Of a stretch of DNA of 20,000 nt, positions 1 through 10,400 are shown in pieces. The stretch is from an uncultured virus (IMG/VR IMGVR_UViG_2775506815_000003) (lineage: Duplodnaviria > Heunggongvirae > Uroviricota > Caudoviricetes): positions 55,251 to 75,250 of the IMG/VR virus record IMGVR_UViG_2775506815_000003. One strand, 5' to 3'. A model generated the notes under the pieces. It made no database searches. It saw nothing but the letters and a program-made list of their open reading frames with translations, and was not told the DNA's origin. The position numbers were made by a program, and so were the translations under genes. The stretch's first letter is position 1. Every line of letters begins with the position of its first letter.

Positions 1-909
1 GCTTATAGCGTGATACACGCTGTAAGTGAAGATTTAAATTTAAAAGATATCACTAAGATAGATATAGGATGTCTACCTTATTGTGATTTGATAACCCATG
101 GATCGCCTTGTCAAGATTTCTCTGTATCGGGAGAAAATAAAGGTGGAGATGAGGGAAGTAATACAAGATCAAGTTTAATGTGGAATACTGTAAGCATAGT
201 AAAACACATTAGACCTCGATATGTGGTGTGGGAGAATGTAAAAAATGTACTATCTAAGACACATGAACATAATTTTGATAAATATATTAATACTCTTAGA
301 AAACTAGGCTATAACAATTATTATAAAGTATTAAATGCTAAAGATTTTAACATACCCCAAAATAGGGAACGTATATTTGTAGTGTCTGTTCGGAATGATG
401 TTAAGATATCAGATACTTGGATAGAAGATATAAATACTAAGGAACTGAGTATGTGCTTAAAAGATATAATAGAACCTATAGAAATGGTTCCAGAAAAATA
501 TTATTTAAGTGAGAGTGTAACTAGTAAGTTAATATATAGACAAAATACTACGGCCAAGAGTGGAATTACAATAGTAGGAGATTTAAATAATAGTGAACTA
601 AAAATGAATAAACGCATATTTTCAACATTAGGCATATGTTCTACTATCCTTACCACTAATCCACCTAAAATATATATAGAAACTCCTACTGATACTGGAT
701 ATAAAATCAGAAAGCTAATGCCAGTAGAGTGTTGGCGGTTGATGGGTTTCAGTGATAAGGATTATTGGAGGGTAAAGGAGACACTAGAGAAAACATTTTA
801 TAAAGGGAAAGATAGGACAGACAGTCAAATGTATAAAATGGCAGGAAATTCCATAGTGGTAAATGTATTAGAGTCTATATTTAAAAGTTTATTAATAGAC
901 CAGGATTAA
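1..909 (+). CDS. DNA (cytosine-5)-methyltransferase, 5'-truncated by the window edge
   Basis: Motifs IV (GSPCQDFS), VI (ENV), VIII (QNRER) and X (GNSI) are present. Motif I is absent and the frame is open from base 1, so the start lies upstream. Confidence 0.95.
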   Translation, partial: AYSVIHAVSEDLNLKDITKIDIGCLPYCDLITHGSPCQDFSVSGENKGGDEGSNTRSSLMWNTVSIVKHIRPRYVVWENVKNVLSKTHEHNFDKYINTLRKLGYNNYYKVLNAKDFNIPQNRERIFVVSVRNDVKISDTWIEDINTKELSMCLKDIIEPIEMVPEKYYLSESVTSKLIYRQNTTAKSGITIVGDLNNSELKMNKRIFSTLGICSTILTTNPPKIYIETPTDTGYKIRKLMPVECWRLMGFSDKDYWRVKETLEKTFYKGKDRTDSQMYKMAGNSIVVNVLESIFKSLLIDQD

Positions 910-925
910 GTTCCTGGTCTTTTTT
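897..925 (+). terminator. Intrinsic terminator after the methyltransferase
   Basis: AGACCAGGA (897-905) and TCCTGGTCT (912-920) form a perfect 9-bp stem, followed by a T run. Confidence 0.85.
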
Positions 926-1098
926 ATTTTTTGCATTCTATTTAAATATTCTGAAATATATTGAGGCAATACAAGAAAAATTATCTTTACATTTAGCCTA
1001 GAACAAGCTTTTATAATAGCACTAATAGAATTCCTATAGTACCATTATATAATCGCTGCAATGGCCTATAAAAGCCTAATATGAGGAAAATGCTCTAT

Positions 1099-1584
1099 TT
1101 AAAAGATATTTTTATAAATTTCATAAAAATGAGAAGAATCATCTAATAAATGACGAATATTTTTGTAATTTTGCCTTGCCGGAGGAGATTCTTCCTTCTC
1201 CCATCTAGAAATAGTTTTTCTATGAACATTTAATAAATCTCCTAATTTCTTTTGGGTTAAATTCAAATTCATTCTTATACTTATAATTTTATTACCATAA
1301 TCACTACTAATAAAATTAAAATAATCATCATATACAATTGAAGGTTTTACTTTAAGGGCTATACAAATTTTATTTATAATATCTATAGAATGCTCTACTA
1401 AATTATTTTCATATCTAATTATAGTAGCTCTATCTAAATTGGATTTAGTGGCTAATTCTTCTTGAGTAAAATTATTAAGTAGTCTATAATATTTGATACG
1501 AGAGCCTATAGTAGATAAATCAGAAATACCCTTTAATAAATTTTGATTGTGATTAAATGTTTCCGTAGTGATACTATTGCCAAT
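1099..1584 (-). CDS. Tandem XRE/HTH regulator reading frame with no start codon upstream of the first HTH (not in the ORF track)
   Basis: Manual translation gives TIGSRIKYYRLLNNFTQEELATKSNLDRATIIRYENN...GNKIISIRMNLNLTQKKLGDLLNVHRKTISRWEKEE, with TAA at 1101-1099. The frame is open back to 1632 with no ATG/GTG/TTG before the internal ATG at 1272. Confidence 0.8.
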   Translation of the reverse strand: MGNSITTETFNHNQNLLKGISDLSTIGSRIKYYRLLNNFTQEELATKSNLDRATIIRYENNLVEHSIDIINKICIALKVKPSIVYDDYFNFISSDYGNKIISIRMNLNLTQKKLGDLLNVHRKTISRWEKEESPPARQNYKNIRHLLDDSSHFYEIYKNIF

Positions 1585-1605
1585 GAAATATTGATGACTA
1601 TAAGG
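1560..1605. other. Putative attR of an upstream sigK-intervening element (core AATGA 1582-1586)
   Basis: sigK similarity begins at AATGA in the (E)NE codons. From memory, this is the position and core of the B. subtilis skin junction. Confidence 0.7.
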
Positions 1606-1674
1606 GCTAATAAAAAATCCAAAATAGAGGTATCATTACAAGAGCCTATAGGAGTAGATAAAGAAGGCAATGAA
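1582..1674 (+). other. sigK: Internal fragment of split sporulation sigma factor SigK
   Basis: NEILMTIRANKKSKIEVSLQEPIGVDKEGNE matches SigK (ENEILM..R..KK....VSL.DPIG.DKEGNEIS), not SigE (EPLNIDWDGNE). Similarity starts and stops abruptly: SDTIA replaces ARCIE upstream and LPLTV replaces ISL.D downstream. Confidence 0.9.
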
Positions 1675-1700
1675 TTACCCTTAACGGTTTATCTATCTTC
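1650..1700. other. Putative attL of the downstream element (core AATGA 1669-1673)
   Basis: sigK similarity ends here. An inverted repeat TAGATAAA (1655-1662) / TTTATCTA (1688-1695) flanks the core, and the recombinase stop codon is about 65 bp away. Confidence 0.8.
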
Positions 1701-1739
1701 AAGGGTACATATTGAAAAATACATAAGTATAGGGTTTGT

Positions 1740-3287
1740 CTATTTAGGCAGCTTTGGAAACAAAGTTAGAGTAAATTGGTCATTTCTTTGCTCTTTTTCT
1801 TTTTCATATACGGCAGAATCTAATACAGACTTAAGTAGTTTATTTTTCCTTTCTGGATCATCAGTCTTAGGGTATAGGTCCAATACCTTTTTTACCTTAG
1901 GAATTATATTTCGTTGAGCATCAATTCTTTTTTCTTCATTTTTTATATTTTTAGAAGTATTCTCTATGTTGAATTTAGTGTCATCAATCCTTTGAGCTAA
2001 TAACTGTGACCTTTCTAAATAAGTATTTACATCATAAATTCCTCTTTCAAGTAAATCGTGTAAATTGTTTTTCTGCTTTTCTAATTCTTCTAATTCATTT
2101 TTTAGTCTGCTTAGGGAAAGTTTATGCATTCTTAAAGTATTGTTTGCTTTAGATTTATTTTCCTTGTCTTCTACATTGTCCCATTCAGCTTTATATTCTT
2201 CTAGCCATTCCTCTAGTCCTTTGAGAAGTCTTTGTTCTACAAACTTAAACTTAGAACTTTTATTGTTACAACTAGTGTTATAACAGACTATATGAGGGTC
2301 TATATTGTTGGTATATGGTCTATACACCATAGAAGAACCACATTTTGAACAAATGATAATACCAGCCAAAGGATTAGTTATTTTAGTTTTATATGGCACA
2401 TGGCTTCTCTTTTTAAGGATTTCTTGAGCTTTATCAAATATATCATTACTTATTAATGGTTCATGTTTACCTTTTACACTTATCCATTCTTCACGGGGTA
2501 AACTTTTTACTTCTTTTATTTGTTCAGGATTATCAGATTTTTTATATACTTTCTTTCTCCATTGAATCTTTCCAACATATACTTCATTCTTAATGATATT
2601 TAGGACCAAGTGACTGGACCAGTTTTTTCCCGTGTATGTTTTATACCCTAGCTCGTTCAATTTATTAGCAATTTTACCGCCGCCCATGTTGTGGTTTGCA
2701 TATAAATCAAATATCATTTTAACAATAGGTGCTTGTTCTGGATGTGGAGTTAGAGTTCTGGTTTTCCCTTCACAGACGATTTCATATCCAAAGGGAGGTA
2801 ATGGTCCTAAAAAGTTTCCATCTTCTATAGAACGAACTCTGCCACGTTGTAAACGTCTATTTATTATTTTTAATTCCTTCCTAGCCATAAAAGCTTCAAA
2901 CTCAGAATATTCTTCGTCAAATTCATCTTGAAGGTCATAAGTTTTTCTAGGAGTAATAATTTTTGTGTTAGATTCTTTGAAAGTTTCTAGTATTAAACCT
3001 TGCTCCTGCATATTGCCACGACCTAATCTATCCATGTCCATTACTAGAACTGCATCGTATTCTTTATTCTTGACTTCTTTTAGTAATTCAAGCATTTCAG
3101 GTCTATGAACTAAACTCTCCCCAGAAACTATTTCTTCACGAATCCTTAATATATTAAGGCCTTTCTCCTTGGCCACTTTAAGCAATATTTTTTTATGTTT
3201 AGCTAAAGTTTCACCTTCACCATACTTTTCAGCTTCTTCATCAGCCCTAGACTTACGAAGATACATGCAAATACGATCCATAGTCAT
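1740..3287 (-). CDS. Large serine recombinase (SpoIVCA/CisA-like integrase)
   Basis: Catalytic YLRKS and DRLGR motifs, PFGY recombinase domain, zinc ribbon LAGIIICSKCG...CYNTSC, and a coiled coil. RBS GAGGTG. Uninterrupted 515 aa. Confidence 0.95.
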   Translation of the reverse strand: MTMDRICMYLRKSRADEEAEKYGEGETLAKHKKILLKVAKEKGLNILRIREEIVSGESLVHRPEMLELLKEVKNKEYDAVLVMDMDRLGRGNMQEQGLILETFKESNTKIITPRKTYDLQDEFDEEYSEFEAFMARKELKIINRRLQRGRVRSIEDGNFLGPLPPFGYEIVCEGKTRTLTPHPEQAPIVKMIFDLYANHNMGGGKIANKLNELGYKTYTGKNWSSHLVLNIIKNEVYVGKIQWRKKVYKKSDNPEQIKEVKSLPREEWISVKGKHEPLISNDIFDKAQEILKKRSHVPYKTKITNPLAGIIICSKCGSSMVYRPYTNNIDPHIVCYNTSCNNKSSKFKFVEQRLLKGLEEWLEEYKAEWDNVEDKENKSKANNTLRMHKLSLSRLKNELEELEKQKNNLHDLLERGIYDVNTYLERSQLLAQRIDDTKFNIENTSKNIKNEEKRIDAQRNIIPKVKKVLDLYPKTDDPERKNKLLKSVLDSAVYEKEKEQRNDQFTLTLFPKLPK

Positions 3288-3481
3288 AAAATCACCTCAT
3301 TGGTATTTATATGTTTATTATATTGGAATATTGGGGAAAAGGAAAGTAGTTTAGTTGAAGTTATGTGGAATAGGCCTACAATAAGTGAAATATATGTTCT
3401 TTTGTTATTATGGCGTATTTAAATTAAAATGTAGAAATAAATAAAATAATTTACTTTTAACTATGAAATAATATTTTTTAA

Positions 3482-3510
3482 GAATAAAGTTCCTTTTGAG
3501 TACATAATAT
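3482..3510 (+). promoter_or_regulatory. Possible SigE-type sporulation promoter
   Basis: GAATAAA-14 bp-CATAATAT, upstream of the RBS (GGAGG) and ATG at 3544. Confidence 0.4.
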
Positions 3511-3543
3511 TATATAATGATCATGACAAGGAGGGATAATAAA

Positions 3544-4107
3544 ATGAAAGAGCTTATTTGTACAACTTTATTGACAATAATTACCTATACCGCTACGCAG
3601 TTTTTCTCCATAAATAATTCAGCTTTGGAAGCGTTGGTAAATTCAATCCAGTTGTTATCCCAATCTTTTTTATGTGGGTAAGAGTTCCTAAAAATTATCT
3701 AAAAGTTATGTGTTTTAAAAGCGTAAATATAAAATATCTAATAAATATTAAATTAGATGATTGCAAAATCTCTGATACTCATTTTTACTCATTTTAGAGA
3801 AATTAGGCAGGATTTATTGATGTTAGATCAAACAAATGATAGTAGAATACTCAAACAGAATTTTGGAGATATAATGTATTTGTCTACTATTGAAGTAAAT
3901 AATGGAATAATTGATTTGTCATATTATATTGATGAGGGAAGCTTAATTATTCAATCTAAAAATAGAGTTAAATATAAGGTATTCTTTAGAATATCCGAAG
4001 ACCTTTTTCAAAAAGTAAATTCAGTGTTTACTGATAATAAAGGTATTTCATATAACAGTGATAGCGTGAAAAATAATTCGAAGCAAAGCAAAAATGAGTA
4101 TACTTAA
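3544..4107 (+). pseudogene. Probable frameshifted hypothetical gene with a hydrophobic N-terminus
   Basis: A strong RBS and ATG at 3544 give a short ORF (MKELICTTLLTIITY...). Overlapping open frames lead into ORF 3757-4107, which has no clear RBS. Confidence 0.35.
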
Positions 4108-4154
4108 TAAAGGCCTATAAAGGTCTCAAAAATTAAGTTTAATTTTGTTTATAG

Positions 4155-5412
4155 CTATGCCACAGAAATATCCGTATCTTTTATAATACCATTAGAGATT
4201 AATAGTTTTATAGCTTGATTAAGGGCTTTCTCTTTTTGTTTATTCATTAATTCTTGTGGCATATCAATTTTATATAGATCAGAAGGATTCCATACTTCCT
4301 CTGTTACAAACATATTATAAATAGCAGTTAGTATCATCCTCGCTATAACGATAATTGCTCTCTTTTTTCCTCTCCTTTTGTAAATGCATTCATATTTATT
4401 TTTGTAGTAAGGAGATTTGTCCGATTTAACGGCAGTATGGGCAACTTGTACCAATGCTGGTTTGAGGTAAACTCCAGCACGTGTAATTCGAACAGATTTC
4501 TTCTTACCAGCAGATTCATTGTTGCCTGGTGTTAAACCAACCCGGCAACACAAACGCTTAGAGCTGGAAAATTGAGACATACCAATACCAATCTCAGAAA
4601 TAATAGTGATAGCTGAGTCCCTTTTGACCCCGGGAATGGTACATAAAATATTTACATGATTTTCATAGGGCATAATCATCTTATTTAAATTTTCATCAAT
4701 CTCTGCAATTGATGAAGTGACATAATTAAGATGTGATCTAACCATTAATATGCGTTCTTTTTGTTCTTGTGTCATTTGGTAACCTTCAATAGATTCAATT
4801 ACTAGATCTGCTTTTTTCTTTAAGCTTTTTTGTAAAAGTGAAGTACAATAGTCTGGGTTAAATGAATCTGAAGAAATTAGATAGTCTGTGATGGAAGTGG
4901 CAGATTTGCCAAACATGTCGGAAACGACAGCATCAAAGGCTACATTACCAACAGTGAAAGCATTTTGAAATCTATTTTTTTCACTACTTCTACAAGAAAC
5001 AAGTTTTGAACGATGACGAGTATATTCACGAAGAATACTAATTGGCTTACTGGGGATATAAACTTCCAGATACTAAACCTAAACGAAACAGATCACCAAT
5101 CCATTTAGAATCTTTGACATCATCCTTATTACCTTTTATTGCTTTAACCCATTTAGGGTTAGCAATGGTTACGTTGATAGTGTCCTCTAAAATGTTAAAA
5201 ACAGGTATCCAATACTTTCCTGTAGATTCCATGTATACATCATAGCAGTTGTTATCAATAAGCCATTGCTTAAATTGTAAGATGGAATTATTAAAAGTAG
5301 AGAATCTCTTTTTTGAATAATGTGGGGTAATCCCCTGTGAAATGATGATTGTGGCAACGAGAAAAGTTTTATGCACATCGACACCACAACAAATAGGATA
5401 AACAACTTTCAT
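4155..5412 (-). pseudogene. IS110-family transposase, frameshifted near 5060
   Basis: DEDD-domain motifs GVDVHK, MESTG and KDDVKD; C-terminal TIPGV...EIG and ESAGK. The second frame continues YIPSKPISILREYTRHR into ORF 4155-4916. Confidence 0.92.
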
Positions 5413-5533
5413 AGCACAGCCTCCTTTTAAGATAATGAGGAGAAGACATTGACTGAATCGTCACACATATAACTATTAGCTAAAGCAATGATTAGCGTGC
5501 GGACTTTTAGTACCAATTATTTGTGCTTGAAAG

Positions 5534-6210
5534 ATGGTTCTTATTAATAGTGATAAAAGTGAGCAAAAAGATTTCCAATATGATTTATTTCCGGCGCTAA
5601 AGAAGAGCTTGACACAATTAAATAAGGATAGGAAAATAGATTTAATTCTCTTATCTGGCGATTTAATTGATAAGAGAGGAAGGGGATTTGAAAATATAGA
5701 TGTAGCATTTAATCGATTTAGAAAAGAATTTATATTGCCTATTAGTGAAGAGTTGAATATCCCAGAGAATTTATTTATACTAACTCCAGGTAATCATGAT
5801 GTTGATCGAACTAAAATTAACCCTAATACAGATAGGGGTCTTAAAATTAACCTACAAAATACAGATGTTGTTAATAGGGAGATTGAAGAAAATAATCCTG
5901 ATAATATAAGGGGTATATTGTCATATAAAAATTTTGAAAGAGAATTTTATAAAGATAGTGATAATTCAATAATAACTGATTTTCATTCATCACACATAAT
6001 AAATATAGATGGATTGAGGTTTAGTATATCTTGTATAAACTCAGCATGGACATGTTATGAATCAGATGAAACAGATAGGCTGATTATAGGAGATAGACAA
6101 ATAAGTAATGCATATAACGAAATTAAAGATTGTGATGTTAAGATAGCTTTGATGCATCATCATTTTGATTTACTAATAAAGTTTGATAAGCGTGATGTAA
6201 AAAATAAAAT
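5534..6210 (+). pseudogene. Calcineurin-like metallophosphoesterase domain, truncated at both ends
   Basis: SGDLID, PGNHD and MHH motifs are present. The N-terminal DxH and C-terminal GHxH motifs are missing, and the frame runs into the IS3 left end at 6211. Confidence 0.85.
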
Positions 6211-6279
6211 TGGATAGGTTACACTTAATAGGACAGATCTTTACTTAACATGGTACAATAAAATCAGGAGGAGATTTTA

Positions 6280-6554
6280 ATGACCAGGAAACGTTATGAT
6301 GAAGATTTTAAAAGACAGTTAGTAAAGATCTATAACCAAGGAAATCACAGCTATAGAAGCCTTGCTGATGAATATGGTGTAGCTGCCCCTACTATCAGAA
6401 CATGGGTAATGAGATATAATAATTCCCAGTCTTTTAATATAGAAGAAAATAGAACTGAAGAAGATAGAGAATTAATAGAGCTTAGAAAGAAAGTAAAACA
6501 ACTGGAAATGGAGAATGATATCTTAAAGCAGGCAGCACTACTACTAGGCAAAAA

Positions 6555-6558
<4 letters not shown>
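6280..6558 (+). CDS. IS3 transposase OrfA (HTH)
   Basis: RKRYDEDFK...LADEYGV...TIRTWV...[11 protein letters not shown], with RBS AGGAGG. Confidence 0.92.
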
Positions 6559-7417
<859 letters not shown>

Positions 7418-7473
7418 TTTTAAATAAAATCTATGTTAAGTATGATTTTATCTAAAAAGGGGTTGCCAATCCA

Positions 7474-10400
7474 GTATTTAATCCTATTGGTTCATTAAGT
7501 ATAAATAATATTCAATCATTGTTATCAATCAATGGACATCAATTACGACTTCCTAGGATTGAAATTAAAATGAATAGCATAAGAGATCAAATAATTATAA
7601 ATAATAATAAAATTCAACTAATTAATAAAGAGTTTGCAGATTATGTTGTCAGCTATTATTTTAGCAAAAAAGATGTCAAAGAATTTATAAAATGTATTTT
7701 TGATTGGTTTGCACATGGCCAAGAAGTAGAGTATGCTCTAATTGGAGACTTCTTAAGATATGGTAAAAGATATGAAAAAATGAACTACATAAAAATCGAA
7801 GAGTTATTAGATAGGTTTATTAACAAAAAATATGAATTAGGAGATGCAAACTCTTTATTCAAATTAGGCATATATATTTATTATGAATATGCAGAAATGA
7901 AAAATTATGCTATTAAACTTCTTGAAAAAGCTAATGATATGAATAATTTAGATGCTAAAGCTGCATTAGGAATTTGTTATTTAGATGGAAGTAACTTAAA
8001 TGAAATTAATAAAGTAAGAGGCGAAAAATTATTAAGAGAAGTAGTTGTATTAGATAACATTAAGGCTAAAGAAATATTAGGTAACATGTTAATTAAAGGA
8101 AATATAATAAAGAGGAATGAGATTGAAGGGGAGAAGCTTTTAGAAGAAGCTACTCTAAAAGGGAGTAATTTTGCTAAATATACATTAGCTGTGAGAACAT
8201 TATTTGGGTATGGTATAAAAGCTGATTCAGACAAAGGAAAGAAATCACTTTATGAATTAATAGAGGAAAATGATACTAAAGCAATGATTGCACTTGGGGA
8301 AGCGCTAATAGACGGAATTGGTAGTAGTTTTAATGTAGACGAAGGAATAAAGTTATTGAATAATGCCATTGATCTAGGAAATAATAGAGCAAAATTATAT
8401 TTAGCATGTAGATTTGTTTTAGGTGAAGGAGTAGAGCAAGATTGTAGAAAAGGAATAAGAATGGTTGAAGAACTAGCTGAAAAGGGAGAGACAGATGCTA
8501 AACTTTATCTAGCGAATTATTAATTAAAGGAAGATATGTAGATAAAAACGTTGAAAAAGGCTTAGATATATTAAAAAAATTGATGAGAGGTAATAATACA
8601 GATGCTATCATTGTATACTCTAAATTACTTATAGAAGGAAAAGGGATTAATCAGGACATTAATGAAGGAATTAAGTTATTAGAAGATCTAGTAGAGAAAG
8701 ATAATTTAGATGCTATCCATGAATTAGGCAAGTTATTAATAGATGATGAATTTGTCAATAAAAATCCTGAAAGAGGAATAGATTTACTTGAACAAGCTTA
8801 TAGAAAAGGGAATATGGATTCAGGTAGATTGTTAGCTTTTTTCTTAATTAGTGATAGTAATAATTTATACAAAAATAAAGTAAAAGGGAAGAGTATAATA
8901 AATAAGCTAATTGAACAAGGAGATAAAGAGACAAAAACAAGATATGGTATTAGACTTTTAAATATAGGTAAAGAAAAGGAGCTAGGAATTAAGTTGCTAG
9001 AGGATGCTGTAAGTGAAGGAGATTCAAATGCTAAAACTATATTAGCTGACGAGTTAGTGACAGGTAGAACTATAACTCGAGATATAATTAGAGATAGAGA
9101 GCTTTTTGATGAAGCAATTAAATCTGGAAATGTTATTGCATTCAGGATTTTGGGCTATAGGCTTTTGTTTAATGATAGTTTGAAACGAAACTCTAATTAT
9201 GGTTGTAAGCTTTTATTAAGGGGCATAGAACGTGGGGACTCTATGGCTAAAGTCATATTAGGTCATGGCATACTTTTAGGATATGCTGAAAATTATAAAT
9301 TAGAAGAAGGCATAAGATTATTAGAAGAAGCATCATCAGAAGAACTAATTGCATACACTATTTTAGGAGAGTTTCTTGTTAAAGGGATATATATAAGTCA
9401 AAATAAGATTAAAGGAGAGAAATTATTAAACTATGCTTCTGAAAAAGGTAATATTAATGCTACAATGTTACTTATCAAAATGTTATTAGATGGTGAATAT
9501 TTAAAGCAGGATAAAATAAAAGGAGAACAATTGTTGATAGAAGCAGTGGATAAAGGGGAGTGTCAGGCTAAAATCGAATTAGCAAATAGAATAATAAGTG
9601 AAAAAAATTATGAAAAAAATCTCAAAAGAGGTATTGAAATTTTTGAGGAATTAGTTGGAGAGAAAAACAGTGAAGCTATGTTAGAATATGGGAATATGCT
9701 TGTTGAAGGAAGAGATAAAGATATAGATAAGGGAGTAGATATGCTAAGATTAGCAATAAAAAATGGAAGTGCTGAAGCAATGTATGATTTAGGTAATAGA
9801 TTGATTTTTGGAATAGATATTGCTCAAGATAAGAAAAAAGGCTTCGAACTTCTTAAGAAATCAAGTAATGCAGGTAATAAATATGCTAAATTAAATATAG
9901 CAGAAGTTTTAATTAATGGAGAAGTAACTGAAAAAAATACTGATGAAGGACTAAAGTTATTAAATGAATTAATAAACGATGGTTTTAAAGATGCAAGAAG
10001 ACAACTAGCATTTAGATTAATTAAGGGTGATAGAATACCTAAAAATATAGAAAAGGGAAAACAACTTATTGAAGGTCTAATACATGAAGATGATATAAAG
10101 ACTATTATTAAATATGGAGAAATTTTATTAGATGGAGTTTATCTAGAGAAAGATGTAGTAAGAGGGCAAAAATTATTGGAGTTTGCTGAAATGGAGGACT
10201 CCTTTGATGTATCCTATTATATTAGGGAAAAGATATATTAAAGGGGACGGGTTGAAGAAGCATAAATCTAAAGGAACAAAAAAATTTAAGAAGGCAATAG
10301 ATGTGGGAAACATATTAGCAAAATTTGAATATGGTATAAGAATGAAATATGGTATTGATATCCCTAAAAATGTTAAAAAGGGAGAGCAATATATCAAAGA

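Noticed and set aside
1582..1674. Fragment being sigE or sigG rather than sigK
   Set aside because: PIGVDKEGNE is the SigK signature. SigE has PLNIDWDGNE.
1669..1740. Recombinase-side sequence supplying the start for the tandem-HTH frame if the micro-exon were deleted
   Set aside because: In the required minus-strand phase a TAA lies immediately before the core (GGG TAA TTC ATT).
1543..1917. 124-aa ORF as a real protein or a complete sigma factor
   Set aside because: Only 31 codons are SigK-like. The rest is att-flanking DNA and the antisense of the recombinase, and there is no RBS.
2065..3354. Plus-strand ORFs 2065-2283, 2632-2931 and 3169-3354
   Set aside because: Antisense shadows of the recombinase, with no RBS or motifs.
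3300..3410. SigE/SigK promoter for the recombinase on the minus strand
   Set aside because: CATATAAA and CATATATT candidates exist, but -35 match and spacing are off and the region is very AT-rich.
8515..10230. Programmed frameshifting or phase variation in the Sel1 gene
   Set aside because: No slippery heptamer or long homopolymer at either break. General decay explains them more simply.
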